From Balanoglossus misakiensis (Eukaryota > Animalia > Hemichordata), in NCBI GenBank assembly GCA_040954595.2, contig CM082580.2, forward strand, positions 9,836,390 through 9,900,389: a stretch of DNA of 64,000 nt, given 5' to 3'. Each line of letters begins with the position of its first letter. The first letter of the stretch is position 1. Positions 1 to 14,059 of this stretch are shown piece after piece. The translations under genes and the position numbers were made by a program. The notes beneath the pieces were generated by a model. The model saw only the letters and a list, made by a program, of their open reading frames with translations, searched no databases and was not told where the DNA came from.

Positions 1-133
1 ATATAGCAATTTGCAACGCTAGAGCTTGCTGTGGTTATTTTAACTGGAGGTCTATTTTAGCCAATACCCGGAAAATTTTGTTAGATTTCGTTGACTTGAA
101 TTTCATTAAATTAAAAAAAAAATTTTTATGTAC

Positions 134-337
134 CTGGTAGTCAGCGGTTGTGGGTTGATCGGTAGGGGGAGCTGAGGTCAGGTTCTGCAGTTTGGCCTTC
201 TGCTTGGACTGCTTCCTCAACACGTAGATGATGAGTACAGCAATGAGGATTCCGGCCACGCAGCCTGTCAGGATAAAGGTCAAGACCACGTAGCTTGGGG
301 TGTGGGAAGGAAGATGCTCCACTACTTGTACATGGGA
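134..337 (-). CDS. PTPRN: IA-2/PTPRN-family (receptor-type tyrosine-protein phosphatase-like N) internal exon: stalk, transmembrane helix and juxtamembrane region
   Basis: Minus strand: acceptor ctcttttttcttgcag| and donor CAG|gtacat; 204 nt, phase 0-0. Encodes SHVQVVEHLPSHTPSYVVLTFILTGCVAGILIAVLIIYVLRKQSKQKAKLQNLTSAPPTDQPTTADYQ: a hydrophobic TM segment, a basic stop-transfer run, then KLxxL...T-x-x-YQ. This matches my recollection of PTPRN2 '[52 protein letters not shown]'. Confidence 0.92.
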
Positions 338-1551
338 CTGCAAGAAAAAAGAGAGGAAATTCGCACGGTCAGAGATGTTGCAGACAGAGGGGATGGACGT
401 GTACGCATAGTCTGCTGTCCGTAAATTCTTTTTATTCTTCTGAGGATTATGAAACTGGCTCGCTCGGAAGGTACCTGTACATTGCAGTTGATGTTACCGT
501 TAAATATGTTTCACAAAATATTTAGAAGGGTGTTAAATATACCAAGGGTTGGTAACAACAAAACTAACAACAAGATTCTTCTTATATAGCAATCGACACT
601 TTCCCACTCTGCAGAGTAAAAGTCGACATTCAAAAAGCGAACTTTGATTCGCAAGGAAAATTACTGGAAAAACAACAACCGGGATTTAAAAATGGAAATG
701 CTTGAGACAGACTAATGTGCATTTATATGGGATTTCGCTCGTGTCAACCAAAAGGTCAACAGACAATCATAAATGGTCTGTTTGCTTCGTTCTAAATCAG
801 TGCAATCCAAGTGCACAGAATCCCCAAGTTCAAACTAGCCTACGGCTATAATTACAAACTAAACTTCACAAAAAAAACATGTACTTCAAAAAATGCATGT
901 ACATTTACGCCAGTAAATTTCATTAGAGAATTGGACACAGAAAAACACAGAAGGAATTTAGAGGTCTTCTGTTTTTCTGAAAAGCAATTTTCCACGGCAC
1001 AATTTTCACTTTAAAGCAACATAATCAGAAGCCCTACAATACTGTGACAAGCGCGAGAATGTTTTCCAAATGGATGCGAGACGAGACAGAGGGCATATTG
1101 GACAGAAGGGGGGAAAACCACCCAGCTACAGTTCAGTTTTTTGCTGTTTGGAAAACAATAGGCAATATATATGACGTGAAAACCTCTATCAACTGGAGAA
1201 CGTTGGAAAGCTTATACATGCAGAGAAAAACAAAACACTTTAAAAGCTTTTACTAAAATTTTGTTTTGTGAAATAGTTGACAGTCGAGTTTGGTGTATGA
1301 AACAGTACCCTATGATATAAATACATGTACGATGACTGTTTTTTCCCCCCTTTACAGTTGAAATGCCAGAGGTCTGCAGTGCCAGTGTGTCCACATAATG
1401 TAACTGGTAACACGAACCAGCTCCAACCTTCCGGCGCATTTACATCAGAGCGCCTGTTTGTCCCGCAGTCATGTCTGACTAGTACACTTTTCACATGAAT
1501 CGTACAGTGGCTCTTTACATGTACCATGGTAATGAACCATCCCATTTAATG

Positions 1552-1577
1552 GAGAGAGAGAGAAAGAGAGAGAGAGA
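1552..1577. repeat. (GA)n microsatellite
   Basis: gagagagagagaaagagagagagaga. Confidence 0.9.
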
Positions 1578-2179
1578 TAATGTAGCTTGCTAGAACTACA
1601 TGTCACCAGGTCCCATCTTTTCCACATACTTGTTTTGCTGTTTGCCCATTGGCTATACAGTTCGTGCCAATTTACATATTAGCTACAGGTGCACAGACAC
1701 ATATGCACTAGCCAGGTGCTGGCATGTCTCACTGACATACGTAGGCTAATACTAGGTTACACTTTTGTTCAATTTTTCTTTGTCCAATGTTGTCCAATGC
1801 TTGAGCATGCACACACTATGATATTTGCACTTTAATATCACAATTCTAATCACTATACATGTACAATCCCTAATTGGAACAGCCGTATGTGTACAAGTGG
1901 AATATACCTTGCAATGCTTTCTGGGAATTCACATCTTTCCATGGCTACAGTACATGTAGGTTACACGACTCGCAAACCCCTTAGAGGTTTGTAAGCCAAA
2001 GGAGAAGACAGGTTTTCTCCATTTCTGAGATATTTGCCAGAGTCTTTAATTGGTTCATGATGTTTGGACAGACTTGTGCCAGGAGGTGCAGGAATCGAAT
2101 AATCACACAAAAAACAGCTTGGTCAGTGAAGCTGATCGTAACTACAAAAATTTGCAGTTTTTGGGGGCAATTCAAAATA

Positions 2180-2269
2180 AATGTCACACACAGACTGGTT
2201 GAGACTAAAATTGTTGCATTTTGTGGTGAATTTAACTGTTCTGATAAAATAATGTCACACACAGACTGG
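2180..2269 (+). repeat. 19-bp exact direct repeat, 2 copies, 71-bp period
   Basis: AATGTCACACACAGACTGG at 2180-2198 and 2251-2269. Confidence 0.8.
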
Positions 2270-3676
2270 GGCATTGAGAAACTCTCATAATTGGAGAAGA
2301 CAACATGTCTCATTTTCATATTAGCACAGGGATTTTTACTGCTTGCGTCTCGTTGCTTGCACTGCAAGGCATGTTGAAACTCAGACTTTCATATTTCTGG
2401 GAAGCGCCGAGAGACAGTGGAAAATCGTGTACATCACCAGACTAGCCTTCTGGAAAGGAAAACTACATGAAACACCACAAGCTGATCACAATTCGAGGAA
2501 ATCGTGCATGTGGTGAGTTTAAAAAAATTTAATGACCGGACAAATTTCTGAAAATGTGTTTCGTCTTTTTTTCTCTCCCGATAAATGTTAGCTGAACGGT
2601 ATGTAGTCAACACTGCAATCGTCCCTCACTTAATTAACTGCTGACAAACACAACATTTAGATCGGGATTTCAGAGCAGCCATGTTTCCAGATGTTAGTTG
2701 AATCTTGGAGAATAATTTTGCTCAATGGAAATTGATATTCCCTATAACGATTATCGACCAAAAAAAATGGCCTGATTTGTCCATATTCCATCTATTTTGC
2801 CTGAATAAACACAGCATTGCTGCAAGGATTGGGTTATTTCCAATCTGACAAATAATCTCATCACAGAGTTTCGTCCACTGCCTTGATTACTCGTCGTTTT
2901 CCATCTATTGTGGGTCCCTTGTCTATTACAGAGGTCGTCTGTCTTGTTACGGCAAGGTATCGTTTTTACTAGCTTGTTATTAAGGGAGATTGCCCCCAGG
3001 CCTCCTGCACTGAGCAGCAATGGAAGGGACGAGATATTCTTGCATGCAGAAAAAAACACAGGAGATTAAAGACAGGATAAATGGAACTTCATCCACGGAT
3101 TTTCCCTTCTCTGTTCAATACACACAAAGATAATCTCGCATGATCAGCTCATGTTGCCATAGATACCCCTCTGACATGTCTTTTTGCAAAAAAAAAAAAA
3201 TCCTGGTCAAAAACGACGCAATATTTTTTTCCCATCTGAGAAACGCAGACAGAAGAATCCATCTAGTTATAGCTCAAACAACACAAGAGCAAAGCATGGT
3301 CTTTACTTGCAAACACTGACTTCTTTTCTCCAGCTTTGTCATCGCATATTACGGGGTTAATTTCACAGGGAGGGAAGAAAGGATTAAAGCATGATAATTG
3401 CTAAAGATGGATCAATTGGTGGGATCTGCAAACCGGGGTAAAGTCAACTCATAATTGCGCGGCATCAACGAGACAAACAGCAAGTTGACATCGCCTCACG
3501 CTAATAAGCCCCTGCTAATGCTACCTCATTACTTATACGCGCTACACTTTCACACAGGACCCACGTGACCAGCCAAATCGGACTCATTTCTGCGGATCAG
3601 TTCTTCTGCCATGATCCGGTGCTTTGCTATAAACCGTCATTGTGGGACTTCGACATTAAATCTGCTTCTGCGCTCA

Positions 3677-3699
3677 ACACACACACACACACGCACACA
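3677..3699. repeat. (CA)n microsatellite
   Basis: Direct observation, one interruption. Confidence 0.85.
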
Positions 3700-6600
3700 A
3701 AAACGTTCGGAAGCAAGCGAGCCGCATCAGGTGTTACCTGCTGAAAGCTAATATTAACACCCTTTTCGACTGCCAGGCAAGTCCACCTGAGCTGACAGCT
3801 CCCATTGTATCGCCTGCCTTTTTTCTCTCTCGGTACATGTATTCTGAAGATGACTTCTTTCCATGAATGTAATACAGCAGCAAATTTAACCCCAATTTTA
3901 CTCTGCATGCTAAAAGCTGCAGATATATACTTGAAGACTTTGCCACTTTTGCTCGTTTGGAATGACGTAAGAATCATTAACTTTCTCTGTACATGTACAT
4001 GCAACAGGGAATGTACCTGGTACATTTTTCACGTTCTCTAATAGAGTTGAAAGGTCTTGCAAGACTGTCTCTAATAGCCTGATACAGAACTATCCTTCTC
4101 ACTAATCCTGGAGGATTAGATTTAAATAATTGAACAAGGGAAAAAATGCATCTCTGTGTCCATGTATCAAGTGTCTCGGCAGGAACCAATCAGAGAGTTT
4201 GGGTTTCATTTCACAAAACAAAATGGCGTGATCGATTCGTAGTGGTCTAAAGTGACAGTTTACAACCTCATGGGAGAAGGCAATGTATACTTTGAATGAA
4301 TATAGCAGCACAACGGTACATATATGTACAAATCTGCATGAGCATATATCTCTCAACTAATGAGACAGCAATTAATATTTCTCATTTGGATATTAATTGG
4401 AAATAGATGACCAAAAAAAAATTAAAACCTCCCAGATATTTTGAGCGAGAGGATTCTGAGGAAATTTAAAAGTTTCCCCCACAGGTCGGCCACTTTGCCC
4501 TCACAGTGACCTTGAACTACTTGAATGCCTGGGTGTAATTCCATGATTGCCGAGCGAAGTCATGTGACACGGAGCAATCCGTGATCTGCCCGAAGACTCC
4601 AGGTAAACACTAAAGACTCCCAAGTAACACTAACGAACAAATTTTCCAGAAACATCCTGCTAATCACCAGGGCTCTGTGCGACCGAGCTTACGCACATCT
4701 GAGATAACGACAAAGAAATTGCCTTTAGTTAAATTTGTAATTGGTTAAAAAATGGTCGGCCTGATTTGGGAAGTAGACTAGAAAATTCGCCCCCTCCGGG
4801 CTAAATATGACTGTCTCTTGGGAAGGGTTTTAAATTTTCCGTCGAAGGATGAAACCATGTTTTTATACATGTAGCTTAATCCTGGCCGCTTAGAGATTAG
4901 GACTTACAATGTATTTACAGACTCCAAAGAATATTCAACAAAACAGGTTCTTAAAAATTCACACAGAAGGCCTATTATTAATTTGGATTAAAAATCTTTG
5001 TTTACGTCATATTTTTGTTTGGTGTATCAAGATATAACATTGGTTTAATATGAGTTTAGGATTAATACTCCAAGTTATAGCTCTAAGATTAAGAACAATT
5101 AATGATAATCTTTCTGTTGGCTCATTTATTTTTGAGAGGGAGAGGGGTAATGTTAAAGATTTATATAAAATTCTTCATGGCACAGTATGAATTTCTGTTT
5201 GTAAATCTGCACTGATGAGTTCATTTCTAACATAACATCCACAATCAATCCCAGGTGAAACAGGCAGGCAGTATTTACAGGGCATCAAGGGATGTTTAAT
5301 GCTGACCAATGAGAGTGCTGGGTTTTCTACTGAGCAGGTTCCTCCCATGGTGCACTTGGATGGAGAGAGGACCTGATGAATGTCTACCATCTAGTTGTGT
5401 GTGTTTTGAGTATACTCTCGCATCGCATCTCGCAGAGGCGAACATACACATGCAGGGATGCCCTCCACTGCATTGTAACTGCACCTTCATGAATTAAATG
5501 CCATCTACAACATCAGACATCCCTCGTTACAACTTCCTCAGTTTTTTTTTTGGTGTCACTTGCACATTGACTTCCAAGTCTGCTGAGTTTTATGAGATGG
5601 CATTCGACACTTTTCTCACCAGGATAATCAAACTCTTAATCGCGCCGTGCTATTTCTGCCGCTCTAATGTGAAAATCTGACATTTTCCCAGACACCCAAG
5701 GTGACACAGACCATCTCACTGCCCTGCCACCTTCAATTCAGTAATGACTGTAATGATATTTCATGCAGATAAAATATCACTGATATGCTAAATTATTTGT
5801 ATCTCGCCATCACCAAAATACACAAAAAATCTCGCAAATGGAATGACGTGCTTTAATCTCTGAAATCTACAGCCCAGCAAGAGCAGCCCGGCACTCAGCT
5901 CTATCGCGTCAGCATCTTACACGAATAATAAATCTTTATACTGTCCAAGGCGAGACATCTTCTAAACAGCAGCTTCATAATTTTCCCCCTCACCTAGTTT
6001 TTGTAAGGTCGACCTACATTTTTCTTTAAAATGTATACCATGCAACTACTCTCTTTCAGTTTGACAAAATTTATTGAAAAAATGTGAAAACACTTTCATT
6101 GTTGATTTTTACAGCGATGTGATGAATTTTGACAAAGACACACAGTTAACGCCTTAAAACAAGCCTGTTAAAAATTTAACATCTTTCTGTTTGACGATCT
6201 TGTGGCAAGAAGTTTATAATAGCACTCATTTTTGGGGGTTAAAACCATCAATATGGCCACAGGTTACCGTTTCATGCACAGTTTGCTTCTATATGCTAAA
6301 GTTAATTGTACTCCCTAGCTTTAACAATATTTCAAAGACCACCTAGGTGAATCCAGATGCTCCAACTTGATGGGTCTGATGTGAGAGAACTACCGGTACA
6401 TGGTTGCGCTGTGACATTTCAGAATTTTTTGAAGCACGGAGCTACGTTTACACATTTTGCAAATTGTTCAAAATAATCCTGAAGACGAAAGTCATCATTA
6501 CTATTGAACAATAAACAGCGACTGGAAGGATATGCAGTTTGACTGCATGCGTTCTTAGCGCAATCCCTCCGAAAGAGCAGGTAAAATTTTACCTATTTGT

Positions 6601-9600
6601 GGAGGATATAATGGCCCCCTTTCCATTATCTGTGGTTGTACATCAAATATGACATTTTCAGATCTGTGAGACTGGGCTTTCGTCTCCGGATAAGCTACTG
6701 ATTTCAGATCCACTCGCAGTAAATCACAGAGCCCAAGGCCATGCCGGCGTCTGTACTGGTGGTTACTACGAGATAACAAAAAAGTGTATCGCAACATTTA
6801 TGAAAACTGCCTGCCTGCTTGCCAACAGCACATCATTTACTGAGGACATCAAATTTCTCTTCACTAATAGACCCTGATTCTAAGGCTATAAGCTCTTTGT
6901 AGCATGCAAGGGGGTGAATCTAAAACCCCTACACCCAAGAAGCTGGGAAAATTTGCCAGCTATAAATTACAAAAAAGGACAAAGAAAGTGGAAACGACTG
7001 CTTTGCTGCGGATCTTACAAAAAAGGAAACTTTGTCGTACGCCGGGCTTCTTTGATTTCTCTTGTCTGGAGAGTGTGCGATTCTTTCGCCTCCTTGTCAG
7101 ATTCTGTGCCGGATAATTTGCTGACTTGTTACCACAGCGCAACGTTTTTAAGCAATCCCAATTTCAAATTGAGACCATATATCCTGCGCAAATAACCTCA
7201 ATTTGGCCAGGAAGATAAAAGCAAATTCTGCAGAATGCAAAAGATGATTTCGCGTCGTTTAATCACGAGATTTCTTTCCGCTGTGGGTTTCAGGCGATTG
7301 CCGCCGGGTGATTTCCAATTCCCTTTGCCAGATGCTGAGCATTTTTTTTCCTTCTTCTTTTTTTTTTATTTGTGTCTTGTCTGTGTCCCGGCAATGAGAA
7401 TCAGTCACACACACAAAAAGGAGTCAGTGGCGTAGACAAAATCGCAGGAAATGCTGTGCGCATTGTCCGCGACTACTGGAGTGAGCGGGAAATATCTTTC
7501 AGCGGCCCCTCTCCGTGAAACTTACCATTTTGTCCTTGATGAAACTAATTTTCCGCTACTTCGACTGACGAAGTGTAATGCCCGACAATGCATTCGTACA
7601 AAGTGAATTCTGGCATAAACAAACTTATCAAAACCATCCAGCCATACTGAAAACCGGCACACAAGTTTTCCTGTGCAGAGAAGGAAGAGACTCTGTGACC
7701 TCACCACAAAGATCTTTTTGTGAAAACTTTTATTTTCTCAAGCTCTCCCGAGAAAAGGAGGACACATTTCATTGTCATGTGACAAACCCTCTATGTGGAC
7801 CGCAGTGCTCTTGAGCCAGTCAACACACTACAATTTGCAACCCTCACGACCTAGAAAAATTGATTCCACAATTACAGGTGATCCTTTTTTATCTTGCAAC
7901 CAAGGAGCCCGCCGCTAAGCAATACACTATTGACTACTACTCTTGTTTTTTTCTGACAAACTCAAAGGACATTAACAAAAATCAATGATCATTGGACAGG
8001 CTGGGAGATACCCACAGTCTCAAAATAATCTGCTCCTCAACTGAGCTCAACTTTTTTCACAACTGTTCCAGTCATGGATTATTAAAAAACTAGCAATCGA
8101 TATCCAGACATTCAAAATAGTGCTGTGTGTAAAAACAAACCGATATGAACTGTTTTTCATTCAGAGCATCTATATTCTGTTGAACCCAGACGCTTCCAGT
8201 CCACTACAACAGACAATTGAAGTGGCCAAGACACAGTCAAGCAGGATCGTCTAAACTGTTCAAATAAAGCTGCCAGCCAATCAAACAGCAACAGGAGACA
8301 AAATTGGCATTCATATTTCTCCATTCTGCAAAATTGGATTCCTTGACTGAAGCTATGCGCCAAGAAACAGTAGAAAAAGACACAACCCTTTCGCTCCATT
8401 CGCAGTGATTTGACTGAATAAAAAAAATCTGTGAGTCACAACGAAATCACTACACCATTCATTCATGTTGTTTTAAAAAAGACGTACGCGTCTCATTAGT
8501 GGAGATACATGCTGGCAGTTATAAATAATACAAAATGTTTGGATCAGAAAGCTTGCGTGATCAATCTGCCCGTAAATGAGATGCCGTCATTGAAATGATG
8601 CGATACATTCTGCTGGTAAGGGATCCATGTCAAAAAAACTATTCTTTTAAAACATGCACACGCTTTTTAATACGCACGTCTGGTGCTGTAGTAATGCAGT
8701 CATTCAACCAATTACCCGGCACCGCTCGTAAACGCCGGTCTCACTTCATAACTTTGCTCAATAATAACTCATCTCGCGAGTCGTGAAAGAAAAAAAAATG
8801 GATGCTCAGCTCTTGGGGTGAATTAAACTTGCACGCTGCCTTCTGCTGGCTGACAGTTGAAAAATAATCTGACAATACGACAATGCTTATTGGCAGATCA
8901 TAAACGTTAGGGAGAATGATTCTTCGTCTGGCAGGTTGTGAAGTCATATTGACAACTCCTGATTGCTGTGCCCGTACGCAGCTGCGCACCGAACAGGGAG
9001 GAAATTCTACATCAGGTTGGACTCAGAAGCACAACCTGCTGTGATTGCAACAGAGCAATACATCACTGATATCTCGAGGAAAGGAAAATATTTCTCAGCG
9101 GTAGAGCTCAAATAAACGACAATGAAATTCAGCACATCGCCAGCCACTGACTTCAGAAAACTCTAATATAAATTAAATGAAAAATAAACACGTCTTGATG
9201 GCAAGTCTGAAAAGCTGACAAAGACATGCAGGTTTTACTGAAGACTCAGGTGTCATCTTGACACATCATATATGCTGTACTCTAATTCAAGAAACACAAC
9301 ACAAACACAATTTCTGATTTATTAGGGGTAAATTCGGATGGAAAAAAATTCATTAAATTTTGCAAAAGCAGCTTATAGGAGAGCTACATGAGACCGTGGG
9401 TACAATGACCGTAAATTAAAATCTACGCCGAGATTACAAAACAGCATATTTCATACTTCAAAAGCTGACACAATACCGTTCATCTGATCTGATTTCCTTT
9501 CATCATTTCATCGAGAAACACACTTTTGTACGCAATTTTTGTTTCCATTGCTTATTGACACTGTGCTGGTGTTCATATAATCTGGGTTGATAATGACTGA

Positions 9601-9768
9601 AAACAATTTTTAAACAAGAAAAAAATTGTGACATGTCCAATAGTCACTTATTACAGTTATCAAACTAATAATGATACTTCATGTACCCGGAAATGATATC
9701 TGTGGTATGTGAAGCGAAGAAATATGACAATTTGGAGGGCCAGTTGAAATTGTAATCCTGATGGGTTT

Positions 9769-9959
9769 TGTGTGTGTGTGTGTGTGTGCACATCCATTTC
9801 CCCAGCTGCTTGCAAAATGGAATCTGCCACAGCTTTGAACAATGGACTCTTCCATCTTGAAGGGTGGTTGCAAACTGCTGGATGGAGACAGCGTGCATAG
9901 TGGTTGAAAAGCACCTTGGGAAAAGTGGAACATTCATTTTGTACACACACACACACACA
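9769..9959. repeat. (TG)n and (CA)n tracts forming an imperfect inverted repeat
   Basis: (TG)10 at 9769-9788 and an (AC) run at 9943-9959; the inner flanks are also partly complementary. Confidence 0.7.
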
Positions 9960-12900
9960 TTACATTATACACTGGTGGGGGTGACCAGATTAAAAAAAAC
10001 CCGACCACAGATTGGAAACACAAACAACGGTTTAACTTTTAAGAGAGATTTATCATGTACAGGGAAATCGGGCGAACTTGAGTGGCTATATGCAGTGATG
10101 TAAGTTGAAGGTCAGATTCATTGAAAACCATTTGCAAGAGAGAGAGAGAAAAAATGCTTCCCTGCTACTACGTTCATGCCAATTGTTCTGAAGACTGCGC
10201 AGGAGACAAAATGGATGTAATGTGAGGACAATCACAGCTGATACTGATGGAAAGACTCACTGAGGTCATCGTCTGCAAACGACGTTACAATTCCTTTAAA
10301 AGGACTTTTTGACTCTTCAGAAGACATGAACTCACGAGTGTTTTTTTTATGCTCTTACAAACTAATGAAATTCCTACATTGATGGCCACTCTCAGAGAAT
10401 CAGGGATTGTGAGAATACACTACACGCATAATACTTGTGTAGGCTCTACAGTCAGATATTTTAAATCTTTGGTCAATGGGAGGCAGTCGCAGGGATATTA
10501 CTCAGATATTATGTATTGGGGCCAAACCATCATGTACACAAGGCACCGCAGGTTATTGGTAGAGGACTCAAAGCTGTAACATACTGTTGTTCATGATTAT
10601 ATGCACTGTGGTATTCAAATGTGATATTCAAATCTTATTATTTTTGGATAATGCGACTATCAAATATCGCACAAAAATTAAGAAAACAGCACAAGCGTAG
10701 TGCCGACAACCTGACCTCCCAAAATACAAATCACAGCGAAATCTTTCTCGTTTCCGAAAACACCATTAGCGCCAAAAAAAGCATTTTCTGCTGGTTAGCA
10801 AATCGTCAGTACGGCAAATTGACCTTTACATGAATGTGTGATAATACGACATCAATCTTTGGAGGTTTTTTTCTTCCTGATGTAGAGCGTGGCGGCTCCA
10901 TTTAGACTGCTTAGGTCACAGGTAATTGGATTTGGGCCGATCTTAATAAGGAAGTGAAATCTGACTCAAGCTGTCTCGGTACGGTCCGTAATCATGACAT
11001 AATTACATTTTCTGCCTCAATCAGAAGATTCGTTACATTCCTGTTTCAGACAAACGCAGGACAAAATGTGGATTGATAGTTCAAATAACTGTAAGTGTAA
11101 ATTCGTGAGTTTATTTTCTCACCACAAGCTTTCAAAAACAGTGATGAGCACGACTGAAAAAGACGCTGTTTTGCTTGAACTGATCGTTTCCACCAGCAGA
11201 AATCTTTGAGGTAAAAACGAAAAGCACCCGGTGAAAATAAACCTATGAGGCGGGGTCACCCGACAGATACATATATTTGATTTATCGTTTCTTTCACAGT
11301 TTCTGACCTGTCATCTAAACTCACGACTGCAATCAATATTGCTGTCGTGCCACGAAATTGATGGCTGCCTTCGACAGTGTAAAAAACTATGGGCACTCGG
11401 GCGAGCATACACTGCATGCCCGCAACATAATTACATGTACACAGTCATTTCAGAGTTCTGAAAAATTTACATGTGCGTGACCCCTGTCATTCACAATGGG
11501 GAATTTTTTTTCTCGTTCCGTACGGGATTAATCTGCCGATCACGAGGGGGGGTTGGTGTGGCGTAGCACGTGCAGCGCTGAAAATACAATGGCCTCGCGG
11601 ACGAGGTGCCAGCATGGTGGTTTAAAATTCTCCATATCTTTTCAGGAGACAGTACATTGATCATTAGCTCAGCAGTTAGCCTTCACCATAAATTACATCA
11701 ATTTTATTTTATGTCAGGTCATAATGAAAGCCAGGAAAGCTGGCATGGAATTCCAATTGACGCGCCGTACAGGCAGAGTCGGGGCAACGGCCTGCCTGCC
11801 AGTGGATTCCAAGTCCCTGGTATGTTTCCTCGATGCACAAAATGATGAAAAATAGAATCTGATTGAGAATGCCGTCTGCATTTAAATTTTTTGTCTTTCA
11901 GACAAAAAAATATGTGATTGATTTGGCGGTGGCATATTCTTGGGTTTTTTTCTGTATTGATTCAATCAATGCCGGGCTGTCTCTTGCCATATGGAATTTC
12001 GTGGTGAATTGATTGAGTCGGAGGAAGGCGTGTCATCATGATACGATGGATCATCAGGGCAGGAATCTCAAAAGATTTCCTTTCATCTCCCTGTTTGAAT
12101 TTCTCACATATTTCCGTTGTTTTAAACATTTTTTTTCCATAAAGTGGGTCGTGATTTAATTTGATAAAATCCAAAACTAAACGTTAAAAACAAATTTCTT
12201 TCCAGTTAAATTTCAAAATTTTGTTACAATTAGTCTGCATTGTTGGATAAAAAACGTTCGATGAATTGATGAATATCCACTACTATCTGATGCAGGCAGA
12301 GCTCTGGTGCTGTGGTGGTTAATGAAATTATGTCAGTTTTCAAAGGATTGCCCTGAACCCTGACTCTCAATATGCGAGGCTCACTCGCACGGTATTGTAG
12401 ACGGACAATACCTATTGACGGAGCATATGAAGCCAGCGTTGCAGGGAAACATATTTTCTCCACTGTTCCATTTTCATCACACTGTATGCACGGCACACGA
12501 ACCCCGGGCTTTGACACAACTCCGCTACATACATTGTACATGTACAGTAGGTCCCTCCTCTGCTGCACGCATCACCATTAGAATCAGCCTCACCTAATAC
12601 TGTTACACTCTGCCTGGCCGACCCCCCGCGACGAACAATTATTTGCACAGGAAAATTATTTTTAGGGAGCAATGTGAGTGGAGGGCCGGGTGAATGAGGA
12701 GGCCAAACAATAGCATTGCTAGGCAACAATGGTGAGTGGGAACATATGGAGAAGACTAAACCTCGTAATGATGAAATTTGAATACTGCAGATAACCAACA
12801 AACTATTCCATTCTACCGAGAGGAAGTGGTTTTTATTTAATCACTCCAAACCCCCAGTAGATGAATTATTAGATTTTACTGAAAGATGCGATAAGTGTTA

Positions 12901-14016
12901 TCAACGATAAGAAAACTGGTAAAAAAAATTGAATACAGTCTGGAAAAGGACTGTTTTGAAGCGCTTGGTTGATGCACTTACTGTACAGATAACATCAGAA
13001 AATGGTTGCAAGGGATAATTTTTCAGATTTGAAACAAAAATTTGGAAAGCGAATTTTTTTCAATGCCGATATGAAATTACAACTGGCGATCCCTTCAGAC
13101 TTGATAAGGCAGTGTAAGCCCAGAGAATGCCAGAAATTATTTCGGTGATTTCGGTCATAAATCTCCATATGTCACAGACAGCTTACACATATTACATCGT
13201 GAACATGAGAGATCATGCAGAACTTTAAATTCAAAAAAAGGTCACCACATTTTTTACTAGTTGAAAAAAAAACACCACCCAGCAAAATGTTAGTTTACAG
13301 GCACATTTTTTAACCTGAAGATAACAGATTGTGTCATCAACTACTTTTTTTTTTTTCCGAAACCTTGCATTGCGGCAGGCAACAGGTATACATATTATAT
13401 ACGGGATGAACCAAACCATTGAGAGTTGCTCTGTGACGCCAGATCAGTATGAAGCTACACAAATTATAAAATAAACATCCCTTCTCCATCTGACCTGTTC
13501 TATCTTCTATTCCAATGAATCCTTCCAGGATCACATTAAATTTTCCAGGCAACAGAAAATTTGTACCGAGCGAGAACTATATACACGAGGCCGGCGCGAA
13601 TGGAATTTACTTCACTACTAATCTAGCGTGCAAAACCGACCGTAAAATAAATCCATATTTATCAGCGTGGACAAAATCCTGCGACCATCGGTGACATCTG
13701 CATATCCACATATGGTACAAATTACTATCTCTCTTACCTTGCTGTATGATCTCCATTACTTTCATCAAAATTTTTCTCTCCCGCAGTTTGACTCAAAAAA
13801 AGTGCTGGAAATTGTCGTTGGTCGGGCGTCAGACTCGAATTTTCAGTGACATCGGCTCGCAGCACCCCTTTTTTCACGCAGAAGATATTTTTCTTTTTTT
13901 TTTCTCTGTGAGCGCCGAGCAGCAATACTGTCACATAATCAACAGGTTTGGAGCTGCAGCTACAACTGAGATGAGTCGACGGTACAGCAACCAATATGAA
14001 CTGCGGCAACCCTGAT

Positions 14017-14059
14017 CTCATGAATATTCAAATGAGCGTTATTACAATGGCATGCAAAT
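14017..14059. promoter_or_regulatory. POU/Sox motif cluster (candidate enhancer)
   Basis: Near-palindrome CTCATGAATATTCAAATGAG, ACAATGG at 14044-14050 and octamer ATGCAAAT at 14052-14059. Confidence 0.3.

Noticed and set aside
35-133. C-terminal part of ORF 35..343 (VHKNFFFNLMK...)
   Set aside because: Read-through into the intron after the donor at 133; poly-T/A composition.
7526-7647. Strong minus-strand donor (ATG|gtaagt) with an upstream ttttcag
   Set aside because: The phase 0 frame required here hits a TAG stop, and there is no similarity to IA-2.
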